Positions 13,401-25,264 of a stretch of 64,000 bases of DNA are shown here, in pieces; position 1 is the stretch's first letter; every line of letters starts with the position of its first letter. Made by a program: the position numbers and the translations under genes. The stretch is from Macrostomum hystrix. Taxonomy: Eukaryota > Animalia > Platyhelminthes. Under the pieces are notes generated by a model that did no database searches, had not been told where the DNA came from, and was given only the letters and a program-made list of their open reading frames with translations. Location: NCBI GenBank assembly GCA_950097015.1, contig CATNEN010000038.1:33604001-33668000 (forward strand). The letters run 5' to 3'.

Positions 13401-15070
13401 CTAGATGGACATTGTGGCAATCATTAGTAATAGCTAGATGGACATTGTGGCAATCATTAGTAATAGCTAGATGGACATTGTGGCACTGACTGGTCATAGC
13501 TAGATGGACATTGTGGCACTGATTGGTCGCAGCTAGATGGAAATTGTGCACTGATTGGTCACAGCTAGATGGACATTGTGGCAATAATTAGTAATAGCTA
13601 GATGGAAATTGTGGCACTGATTTGTCACAGCTAGATGGACATTATGGCAATCATTAGTAATAGCTAGATGGACATTGTGGTACTGATTGGTCACAGCTAG
13701 ATGGACATTGTGGCAATCATTAGTAATAGCTAGATGGACATTATGGCAATCATTAGTAATAGCTAGATGGACATTGTGGCACTGATTGGTCATAGCTAGA
13801 TGGACATTGTGGCAGCGGAAAATCTTCAAAAGCAGACCTCAAATCCGTCCTCAGACGCGGTGGCCACCAGTGTCTGGCTAGCAAACGGATCCTCCATGGC
13901 TAGCTGGCGCAGGTTGGACGAAGTAGGAGTGGTCGGATTGGCAATAACAAAATCGGCATTGGCGCTGACAGCACCATTTCCGTTTCCATTACCGCCGCCG
14001 CCGCCGCCTCCACCGGAAGCGTTTCGTCCGAAACGGAGAGATCCCACAGTGCTGCCGTCGAATGATGCGAAAATACTTTCGAAACTGTCTAATAGAGGAC
14101 GCGATTGTTTGGGCTTTCTGGAGGGCATCTGCTGCTGCTGCTGCTGCTGATTAGGCAAGTAGCGATCTTGTTGCTGCTGCTGCTGGTGCAGGGAACGTGG
14201 CTGATGGACAAAGTTTAACTCGGCTAATGATTGATACATGGCGTCTGGGTCGTGCGGTCTAGTGAGGAAGAAGGTAGAGCCCTGATTGTTGGATCTGAAA
14301 TAGTTAAAATGTGTTTGAAAATTTACATTCAGTGGTATTGTAACAGTGGGATTCCGTTTATTAGGAGTTTCGGAAACTGGGATTGCAACGAACTTTGAAT
14401 TTCCCTACTCAAGAAGTTGGGGAGCTTTTAGACTCACTTGATTTTTAGGCACGGAAAGTGGGATTTCGGAATTTAATAGAGAAACTGTGACATTAAATAA
14501 CTGGGATTTCGGAGATCAAGATTTTGAAAAAGTTTGACTGGCGTTAATTGGGATTAAAAAACTGGGATTTCTAAATTTAACGAAATTAAAAGTTTCATTA
14601 AAGCGAGAAGCCTGTTGAACTTACGGCGTTATTACCAAATGCACAGTTAACTCGTCGTATAGACTTTTAATATCCAGCGCATCGGCAAAGTGCAAAGTCT
14701 GTTTCCTAGCGTCTGCCTCGGTGTGAAATGTGACAAATGGTTTGCCAAATCTGGGACGCTTAACTATAGTCACACCTTTAAGAGATTTTAATGGCAGGCA
14801 TAGAGCATACTCGTCTAGATTGGCTGCCTCATACGAGCAGGACATTGGAGTAAATTGGATGGCCAGCCCATGGTCAGCCGGGACCTGTTGATGCTGGTGT
14901 ACATAGTCTATGATCAGGCAGCCATCAATGCGCAGCGAAGGCCTAAAGTGAGTGTCCAGGTACACAACTGGATTGGACAGTTCAAACACTGGCTTGTTTT
15001 GTGATTCCTGGAAAAATGGTATTTTGCCTTTGAAATTGTTGATAGCTAGCTAATTTACCAGTTCGATCAT
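10462..15070 (-). CDS. TBC1D15: TBC1 domain family member 15/17 (Rab7 GAP); exons 15059-15070, 14625-15007, 13838-14294, 12769-13085, 12025-12361, 10462-10896
   Basis: TBC motifs IDKDVNRTDR (R finger), YNFDLGYVQGMSDLLAPIL (Q finger) and YFCFRWLLVWFKREF..RLWEVLWT. All six exons join in frame with GT-AG. The first exon is less certain. Confidence 0.9.
11245..11900. repeat. Intronic minisatellite, sense-strand TGTCTCATCTCTCCC / TGTCTCACATCAC family
   Basis: Seen directly; same family as 54875-55910. Confidence 0.9.
12405..12752. repeat. ~25-bp intronic minisatellite (CACTCGACAGTCACTCTGTGAGACT)n
   Basis: Seen directly. Confidence 0.9.
13125..13813. repeat. 33-bp intronic minisatellite (GCTAGATGGACATTGTGGCACTGATTGGTCACA)n
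   Basis: Seen directly, with two alternating variants. Confidence 0.93.
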
Positions 15071-16770
15071 GATTGGATATCAGTTCTAGATATCAGACCT
15101 CTAATTAGCAATTTGCTCTAAATTATTACATTTTGTATAAATTTAACACTACTTAACAAACAAAAGCTAATCACATGACAATCATTTAAGCTAAACACAT
15201 ATAATTGTAGTTTGCTAAATTGTTTATAACTCATTGATAGTTAAGAGTTGAGATTTATAAATGGCCAGCTATAATGTACTGCACCTAACTTTGGTGAATA
15301 GTGAATACACCTCCATACTCCTCAATAATTTGCTTATTAAAAAAAACAAAGTACAAAGACTTAAATATCTGCATTCCATACTATTGTAACAATGTCTTGC
15401 TCAAAAATGTACAATAAGAGTTCCCACAAATATGGTATCTACTAAATAATGCATATTCTAATGAATAGAAGATTTCCTACATACAAAAAACTGTAGACTT
15501 AATGTACTTATTATTTAATGCTTCTGAACAGAACACTTGAATATTTAACATAGGCCTATCTAATTTTTGTGTTTCCTTATATATTTCTGTATATTTTGCT
15601 GTCACTATAGTCTTTGCACTTTTTGTGTCACTCACTTCAGTGATAACTATATTTGAGAAGCCAAGATATGGAAACTAGATACAGGAAACAGAAGTTCCCA
15701 TAACTATATCCCAATATATAAATTTAGTTCAAAAAGCTGTTTTCAAAACTTCCCATACTTCTTACCCTGTAGCCTTGGTGGATATCTTTGTTATTAATAG
15801 TTACCCTAGCTACCAGGTAAACAAAAAATAAACAAATTGGATACATTACAAATCATTTGTGCTTAAAACAATTGCTACTCTGCCATAATAGGGAAGTTTA
15901 ATGGGCATGTCAATCAAATCATAGGCCTACCAATGAAAGCTTGCATAGCTAAGCTAAGAGGTTATAATAAGCAGTAGGCCTAGCAATAATAGGGTAGCTT
16001 CCCTGAATTAGTTAACAAATTAGCTACTTCTTCAACTCACTTTTTCACTACCACTGGCTTACTTTTTGGTCCAGATCACTGATCACTAAGGTTTCAAGAA
16101 CTTGGATACTGATTTAGCTATTACGAGTATATCATAAAAAACTATATAAGCCTAGCGATTTTTTATAAGCCATAAGGCCTTAGCATACATAGCTACTAGT
16201 CTTAATGTGGTGTTGCCACAGATAATAAATAACTTCCATAGGCCTAGCATATAAGTATATGGTGTGGAAAGAAGAAGCTAGCAAATACAGACAGTAAAGA
16301 TTAGAGACTAATACAATAATATAATAATATCCTTGTTTCTATAAACACAACCGCATTCAATCTAGCAAACATAGGTGATAACAATGAGAATCATTACAAT
16401 ACTACCATCAACAGTGACAACAATGACAATAGACAATTGTAACAAGGTACCGTTCAATTAATTAACATATAAGCATGAATTGCGAAATGCGTGCGCGCAT
16501 GCTTTGATGTTGCAGTCCAATAGCTAGGACACGATTAGTTAAGCAATTTAGCCAAAAAAATAATCTAGACAACTGCGATACACATAAAATATACTGTCAA
16601 TTGTGTTGTATTTTTTCAAACTTTGTTTTTGTTTGTTTAAGATTGGAACAATATCGCGGTGATTTTTAAATCACAACGGGATAATCGACGAAAAAGATGC
16701 GTTAGCCTACGTAAAAACAAGAAAATTTAAGAAAACTTAAAAAATCTGAAGATCGTTGGCATCAATAAAA

Positions 16771-19700
16771 ATGGCAGTAATAAAAGAAACTCATGTTGAC
16801 ACGTCTAGTCAAGTCGATTTCTTACAAACGAAATGCGATCTAGATGAAAGAGTTACTAAACAAGACAAGCCAGCGTCAGAATTGCATGGCAAAAAGATAG
16901 ACTTAGGGATGAACATGGATAGCAAGTAAGTTTTATTTAAAGCATGCTTGAATGTATAGATTGGCCAAATATTCTCATATATAATATATATATATACATT
17001 AATAGATTTTCTCGAACTCGTTTACATTGTTTTTTAGAAAACTGTTTGTCGGAGGTCTCAGTTGGGAAACTACAGAGAGTAAGCAACACATTAATAAAAA
17101 TTAATTATTAATGCCATTAACATTTTCCCAAAAATTATTGCGAAGCTCTTTCATTTCTTTAGATTTAATGAAAGAGTACTTCTCTCAGTTTGGAGTCGTG
17201 CGGACATGTACCATAAAGATCGACAAAGCAACAGGGCATTCGCGTGGCTTTGGCTTTGTAATTTTCGATCGCGAATCTGACTTAGATGTGGTTCTAGCCC
17301 ATCCTGAGCACAGGCTTTGCAATAAACGAATAGATCCGAAGCGCGCCCAGCCGAGCCAGGAACCAGCCAGAAAAGTTTTCGTCGGCGGCCTCGATCCGGA
17401 GTTTTCCGAGTCAGATATAAAAGAATACTTCCTGCAGTTTGGAAAGGTAAATTGAAAGGAAACCGTTGGCGATCTAATAAAATATTTTATTATTTATTAA
17501 ACATGGGTAAGGGACTCGGTTGCTTGATTTTGACTTTAATTTCTTACCTAAATTGGCAGATCCTAGCTATCGATCTGCCGTTCGACTACAGCCGTCGTCG
17601 CCGCAAAGCGTTCATATTTGTCACCTACGCGGCTGATTCAGACGCTAGGAAGGCCGCCCAGAAAGAGAAGCAGATGATCGGAGGAAAATTGGTAAATTTT
17701 CTCTTCTTGTTGAATTGAGACTAAAGAAGTAAAATTATAGTTTTCGATCTGGATTATAAAACAGTCGCTCCGCGATTGAATTGCAGCTGAGGTCTCTAAT
17801 ATTCTTGCTCCATATGATTCTAATAAATAGCATTATCCTCACCCATCTGCTCGTCAAGCTATGCCCGTTTTCAGTTTTACCAACCCCTTTTAAGAATTAT
17901 AGATGAGGAAAGTTATATATCTAGCTATATGTTCTCTATCTCATGCATCAATTCTTTGCATACAGTTAAGATAAGAACTTAAGTTAGAGAGGCCGGGACA
18001 GCATCGGATCGGAGATGGAGGGTTAGGGAGAGCAGTTTCCGACTCTCGTGTGCTCATATTCATGGCCATTTGCTTTCGCTCTGCTTCTATATTACGCTCA
18101 AGATTATATAGCATTGCCTAGTCTACTCAGATATCAATATCTGATCATTGAGTTGAGTTTGCATCCTGCATTAGGCAGCAATGTCTGCCATTGCTATCCA
18201 GATCAAGAGAGAGTATTGTATCTTACCGGCCCCGGTCTAGATTGGGTTTGGTTGCTAATACAAAACACGTGAGCTCAATACAAAGTGGTGTAGTGATCGT
18301 CTTATTTATAATCTACTCAGTTTTTACTACCTTTGTGTTTAAAATTTGAAAGGTCGACATCGTCAGTACGAAACTCGGTGTAAGCCATTTATTTTTTAGA
18401 ATTCTGTTTAAAAAATATGACCAATCAAAACTTTATTTCTCGACTTTAAAATAATGAAGCCCTGGGATAAAATCCCATTAGAGTGCGCCCCTAAGTAAAG
18501 CCAACTTTCCTGACTATTTTCTTGAGATATTTACGGCGAGACCCTTGTCTCCGCTATCCGTTCCAATTAAGCGGGATCGCCCCCTGACAGGTAGCAGTCC
18601 GTATGCGTGCGCTGGAGGTTAAATAAAATGAGAGAGAAGCAGTGAAGCGACCGAGAATTCTCTTAGGAATCGCAAAGATCGTCCAAGACTACTCGACTTT
18701 TACTATCCTCAATGTCTCCCTAGGGTGGCACAATTTCGATTCCCACTCTCCGCTTTTAGTAGCAGAATTTTGCTCGGAGGCAGTTGAGAACACTTCTTAC
18801 TTCTTAGTTGGATATGACATTTTATCTGCCAAAAGCAATGCGTAGGCTAAGCAGTTTTAGCTGCTGCTTGCTACGAAAATTGAACATAGTTAACAAGTTT
18901 ATTGAGGCCGACTTTGTAGGAAAGGATCAGGGATGAGTTGGATGACTAAAAGACGAGTCGGGACTCTGAGATGCGAATCTAATTCGGTTTGGACTCAAGC
19001 GTGCCCTACTAGCTGGGTGTCTGACGCCATTAAAGGTAACGAGAAAGACCGGCTTCATTTTGTGAAGCTTTTAGCAGCGCCGAAGTGGGACTCGACTAGC
19101 ATGGAAAAAGTAGGCTCTCAGGGAGTCGAGCAGTTTCACTTGGCTGCTAACGATAGTAACTGTGGAGTAAGGAGTCTAAATGTGCGAACTACCTAAGTAC
19201 GGGTACAATAAGTTAATTGAAATTACATATAAAATTATGATTGCATGCAAAGTTTAAAGATTTTTGTGGGGAACAATTTTAGAGATAGGCGATGAGATTT
19301 CTTGAAAGTGCCTACGTATTTATTACGGTAAAAACCTAGACTACCATGCAGTAGGCAGTTTTATATCTGAAATTAGGCCTAGTTCACTATTTTTCAGCCT
19401 GTGCTGTTCGTTTAGGATGAGGTGAATAGGAAGTCAAAGAGTTTCATAAATTGACACCACAATCGACTCACATGACAAACAGACAGCTTTCTGTACAAAT
19501 TAGAATTGTCTAGAATCGAAAAATGAAAATGCTAAAAATTATGATCTATTGGACGCAAACAGATAGTCATGGCTTTGAAAAAGTTAAACTCAATTTAAAG
19601 CACAAATCAGGTCATAAGTAAAGTTTGAAAAAATGTTTAACGGACGGCTTCCTTTGAATAGCAATCTGTAGAGGTTTGCAAAGTCGGTTAAGGTGTCAGG

Positions 19701-21380
19701 TTAATCCCCGTCCTGCTCAATGATGATACCTGAAGCGTCCACAGGTTGTGTGACGATCTGGACTGTGTCCGCCTGCAACGGTGACTGCTCCAGGAGCTGG
19801 CGAAGTCTCAGCAGAGGGTCGTCGGCGTCTGCGTCGTTGTCGGCATGTCGCCCAGGCTCAATGCGAAGCAGGAACTCCATACCCGAAGCCCGAAATGATT
19901 AGTGAACAATTTTCAAAAGTATCTATATATATATTGAAATCTGTAGAGGTGTAAGTAGAAATCCGTAAGAAATATGAAGCGTTTATAGTACTGGTTCACA
20001 TTTTATCGGCTTTTTCTATAAAAAGCCGACACACTGACACACACAATCATATCACAATGGAATACGAATGAATAACACGCCGAAAATTTGATGTCTACTC
20101 CGAAACTTTACACGCCGAGTCTCGAATAACACGCTCTCTTAGGCTCTGCTATTGTGTAGGCTAGCTAGCGAGCTTCGGAGACATTCTAAACTTTTTAGAA
20201 AAACGCTTTTCTAAAGCCCTCGCAATTCCAAAAATAGTTTCTAAAAAACCAATAGACTTGATGTTAGCAAATTGTGCCATATCGCTGGGATTCGAACCCC
20301 AGACATCTCAATCTGAAGTCCGAAGAAGCCACTAGGCTACAATGCCTCCCAGCTTCTCATTCACTTAAGAGTTTAAATGAACAGTTTTGACTCATTTAAC
20401 GGTAGAAAGACAGGGGTATTTAAAAAACCAGAATTTTTCTACTTTTCTGGATCTCCAAAAAGATTTAACCAATTTCGCCACGAAAATTTACGCTCTATCC
20501 TAAAGTAAAAAACTTCCAGAGTCGTTAGACATCGGCATCGTCGAGATATTCATCAATTCTCGTCGGGGTGTCTGGTTGCGCACCCCTCAAAATAGGCATA
20601 TTTTTGATCATATAACCATGTCGGCTATTAAATTATATTTGATCATATTGTATTGAATGTGTTTTCATTATTTTATTATTGAACCAATTAGCATTCTCGA
20701 TAGTGATATACAGATTTTACACAGGGCAATGATAGTTGTCCTTGTCACCAGGGTATTCGATGAGAATAGCTAAACATGTGGAAGATGCTGACATATCGGA
20801 CGACTTTGAAAGTTAGTTGATCGACGTTCACGAAAATCAGTCATTCGGTTTGGGAGCTATCATGAAGTTGGCAGAGTGGGTATTTGAAATACCCCCGTGG
20901 TTTTCACCTTGGGGGACAAATAGTGTCGTCTTTCTAACTGTAAAAGGGGGTTTAACTGCTAGTCTATATGACTAAATATTGATGAATCATCATTTCTAGT
21001 GCGACGTTCGCATTGTGCAACCAAAGCCGCGCTCGCAGCAGCCGCAACAACTGCAGCAGCAGCGGCGTCAGCAGCTGCAACACTTTCAGCAGAGTAGCCA
21101 GCACCCCCATTTGTCTATGTTGAATGCTGGTCAAGCTTTTGCCATAGACAACTACCAGTCTGCAGCGAATTACGACTATGGCAACTCAGTTTCTGGGTAT
21201 GATCAACCACTGCCTGCCTATCATCAGTACTATCCTGAATCTGATTACATTAGTAGCCACCAGCAGCACTTAGACTACTACCACACGTACCACCAGCAGC
21301 AGCAACAGCAGCAACAGCAGCTGACAATAGACTACGCAACCTCGTCTTGGGCGCGGGAAAGTGAAATTAAGGGTGAGTGA
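16771..21380 (+). CDS. hnRNP A/B / D (squid-like) two-RRM RNA-binding protein; exons 16771-16925, 17038-17078, 17163-17446, 17560-17691, 21000-21380
   Basis: RNP2 KLFVGGLSWETT, RNP1 SRGFGFV, IDPKRA, second RRM KVFVGGL..AFIFVTY..CDVRIVQPK, and a Q/Y-rich tail. All joins are in frame. Confidence 0.88.
20276..20345 (-). mobile_element. tRNA-derived SINE head or tRNA pseudogene
   Basis: Reverse complement GTAGCCTAGTGG (A box) ... GGTTCGAATCCC (B box); does not form a full cloverleaf. Confidence 0.5.
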
Positions 21381-22149
21381 AATGACTTTTTGGTTGCTAG
21401 AAGAATCAGAATGGGAGCGAATTGAATTAGAAGAGGTTAAAATATTAATTAAAAAGGTTCAGGCTTGGATTGTTTGAAATGGCACTGGACCTGACAGTTT
21501 TGATGTTTAAATTTGCACGGTAACTCGCCCAAGCGTGTGGCGTACATCACACTATAGCATTCGTCAAGTTCGAGAAGTTCGGACACTTGCAAACTACGAA
21601 AGTCGAATTCAATATATTTCATAGAAACAACTCGAGATGAGACAGGCAGAAGGTGTGAAAAAATTATTTCCGCATCGCGTCACTCGATTTCCGCCGCGAG
21701 TAGCTGAAGAAGGGATTAATGAGTTCTGAATTGGTGCGGTTCCCAGTGACAGGAGGGGCAATGATTTCCGCATCGTGTGACTCCATCTCATCTTGTCTCA
21801 TCTAGAGGATCTGCGACCATTGGGAGGACACGTAAAGCACCCATCCTCAGCAAGGTCTATTCAACGCGTTGTCCTGAAAATTTAATAAGCCACTGTCCTT
21901 CGATCGAGAAGACGAATAGGAAGATTCCATGGTGGAGAAATTTTCCTGCTTCGCTCGTTCAGCGCGTGCCTTTTCCAGGAAATCTGCAACTAACATTCCG
22001 AAATATTTTCTGATGAGAAAGAAGCCAATTTCGTAACCTCATGGGCACACAAATTAAACTTTCATGAGAAAATCAGAGATACTCGTGAGAAGAGGGTCAT
22101 TATGAATTTCTTTGTGACTAAGATCCACGATGCTTAACAATCTGTGTGT

Positions 22150-22311
22150 AACAGTCGGTGTGTGACAGTCGGTGTGTGACAGTCGGTGTGTGACAGTCGG
22201 TGTGTGACAGTCAGTGTGTGACAGTCGGTGTGTGACAGTCGGTGTGTGACAGTCGGTGTGTGACAGTCGGTGTGTGACAGTCGGTGTGTGACAGTCAGTA
22301 TGTGACAGTCG
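22150..22311. repeat. 14-bp minisatellite (GACAGTCGGTGTGT)n
   Basis: Seen directly. Confidence 0.93.
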
Positions 22312-22593
22312 TATTCAAAGCCTTGTACCCAAACAGAAAGGACTTTTTTAGCATTTTAAGCAGCGCTGCCTTGATAAAAATAGTGTAAAATAATATTCAA
22401 AAGCAGGCATATCATCCTTGCTTTGAGCTCTGACTTTAAGATGAAAATTAAAAGTTTGAACAGTTTGAACAGTTTACCATTTCATTTTTATGTACTTTTA
22501 TGTAATTTATCATTTCTCGCAAAATCTAGATTTAAGCTCAGATATTGTGTACGCAAACAATATTAAGGTGTTCAGTCTACGACAGTCTCGCCA

Positions 22594-22857
22594 ATGCTTG
22601 ACGACCAGCACACATCATCTATGACGTCATCCACACCGGCGATAACGTCACCAACTATGACGTCACCAGTGACGTCATCCATTCAAGAATTAATCGATCG
22701 TTCCCAGATGCGATCTCCTGTGCAGTTCTACGCCCCAGGGGAGACCAATTATTCCAAGTCGAAAATCACTCAGCGCAGTCGTCATCAGAGGCGAAGTCAG
22801 CATCAGGCAGGTCGTAGGCAAAGTGCAATGTTCTGGCAGCAGCAGCAGCAGCAGTAG
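22594..22857 (+). CDS. Short S/T/Q-rich ORF; possible first coding exon of the HAD-like gene (donor after 22810 into acceptor before 25236)
   Basis: GC-richer coding-like island with an ATG. The join GCA G|gt ... ag|GC GTT is in frame with the 25265 ORF, but the donor is weak. Confidence 0.35.
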   Translation: MLDDQHTSSMTSSTPAITSPTMTSPVTSSIQELIDRSQMRSPVQFYAPGETNYSKSKITQRSRHQRRSQHQAGRRQSAMFWQQQQQQ

Positions 22858-23224
22858 TAACTGTCGCAACAGAAGAACAAAATCAAAACCAGCAACAAGT
22901 TTAATTTGTGCAGACGTGCAGACGTGCAGCCCACTCATCACTCGAATTAAAAAAACTCAGAAAATCAAATTCGCTTTTGAAATTTTGTTCAGATAATTTA
23001 AAATTAGATAGGCTAATGCTATTAACAATGACGTATTCCAGTTGTTGTTATAAACATTGACATTAAAGTTTTGTATCGATGATAATATATATTACTCTTT
23101 TATCGTACTTCAAGTAGTATCTCGTAATTTTTACTTTTCGGTACATTTTTCAAATGTCAAAAACAAGATAACTCAGTAAAATTCTGATAATTGTTTTTAA
23201 TTTCACAAAAATCGTCGTTTCACA

Positions 23225-24455
23225 AATGTCAGTCTAACAACTGGGATCACAGTTGAACACGTCGAATCCCAATGTCAGTCTAACAACTGGGATCACAGTG
23301 GAACACGTCGAATCCCGAAGTCAGAGTCTAACAACTGGAGATCACAGTTGAACACGTCGAATCCCAATGTCTGACAACTGGAGATCACAATGGAACACGT
23401 CGAATCCCAATGTCTGTCTAACAACTGGGATCACAATGAAACACGTCGAATCCCAATGTCAGTCTAACCACTGGGGATCACAGTGGAACACGTCGAATCC
23501 CAATGTCGGTCTAACCACTGGGGATCACAGTGGAACACGTCGAATCCCAATGTCGGTCTAACCACTGGGGATCACAGTGGAACACGTCGAATCCCAATGT
23601 CAGTCTAACCACTGGGGATCACAGTGGAACACGTCGAATCCCAATGTCAGTCTAACAACTGGGTATCACAGTGGAACACGTCGAATCCCAATGTCAGTCT
23701 AACAACTGGGTATCACAGTGGAACACGTCGAATCCGAATGTCTGTCTAACCACTGGGTATCACAGTGGAACACGTCGAATCCCAATGTCAGAGTCTAACA
23801 ACTGGAGATCACAATGGAACACATCGAATCCCAATGTCTGTCTAACAACTGGAGATCACAGTTGAACACGTCGAATCCCAATGTCTGTCTAACAACTGGA
23901 GATCACAGTTGAACACGTCGAATCCCAATGTCTGACAACTGGAGATCACAATGGAACACGTCGAATCCCAATGTCTGTCTAACAACTGGGATCACAATGA
24001 AACACGTCGAATCCCAATGTCAGTCTAACAACTGGGGATCACAGTGGAACACGTCGAATCCCAATGTCAGTCTAACAACTGGGTATCACAGTGGAACACG
24101 TCGAATCCGAATGTCTGTCTAACCACTGGGGATCACAATGGAACACGTCGAATCCCAAAGTCAGAGTCTAACCACTGGGGATCACAGTGGAACACGTCGA
24201 ATCCGAATGTCTGTCTAACCACTGGGGATCACAATGGAACACGTCGAATCCCAAAGTCAGAGTCTAACCACTGGGGATCACAATGGAACACGTCGAATCC
24301 CAAAGTCAGAGTCTAACCACTGGGGATCACAATGGAACACGTCGAATCCCAATGTCTGTCTAACCACTGGGATCACAATGGAACACGTCGAATCCCAATG
24401 TCTGTCTAACCACTGGGATCACAATGGAACACGTCGAATCCCAATGTCTGTCTAT
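23225..24455. repeat. ~47-bp minisatellite (GTCTAACCACTGGGGATCACAGTGGAACACGTCGAATCCCAATGTCA)n
   Basis: Seen directly. Confidence 0.95.
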
Positions 24456-25264
24456 CAGCAGTGGATTATCTTTGTATTTGACAATTTTTGCCATACAAGA
24501 ACATATTTATGACTTATCGAAGCAATTTTCAATTGAAAATGTCTATCATTTCGCTACCCATGGCTACCTAAAGCTAGACATACCTCTAAAAAATGGTCGT
24601 ATTGATGTCTATTGGCCACAAAGTAAATTAGTGAAGTGAAGAGCTTTAGGAGTCTTCTTTGACAGCTAACCAGCCTCTAATTTAAAGGCGCTTTTCTGTC
24701 GTGTGTGAGAAAGGAATGCTACATGCGTGCATTTGTTGAGTCACAGTCTGCACTTAGAGTGTCCCACTCTTTTGATAGCTGGGCAAGCAAAAAACTGCCC
24801 ACATATTTTTTTCTGAAATTTTCTAAATAAGAAGAAAACCACACACATATTTCGCCTTTGGCAGCTATGGCCTGTACTAAAAGGCTAGGGTGAGTTTGGT
24901 GAGTGAATGAGGCAGAGAGAGAGAGAGAGCTGGACCCGGCCCCACAAAAAAGCTCTATTGAGTACGGAAATTTGGCCTTCTTGCCGCTAAAGAGCTGTGC
25001 TCTGGTCCCTAGTGACAAGAGTAGACGGTGCTGAGATATTGCAGGCTGCTCATTGTGATAGTGGGTAGAGAGAGGGGGAGTAGGGACAGGCCCTCTGACA
25101 AATGAAGAATGAGCACTGCAGTAAAGATCAGATTGGTTGAACTAACTGCCTCATCAGGTAAAAAAACTGATTTAAGCATAGGGTTGCATTGTATCGGGCC
25201 TTTTTGCACTCTAAGCTAGCTTTTAGAGATCTCAGGCGTTGTTGAGAAACTTGCCGATTCACGC

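Noticed and set aside
3465-13829. Repetitive ORFs at 3465-4050, 6527-6773, 8565-8951, 11137-11991 and 13103-13829
   Set aside because: They are translations of minisatellites in introns or intergenic DNA, often open in several frames, with no splice or codon support.
23225-24455. CRISPR-like array (also considered for the other 28-47 bp arrays)
   Set aside because: Units are head-to-tail with no unique spacers, there are no cas genes, and the context is eukaryotic.
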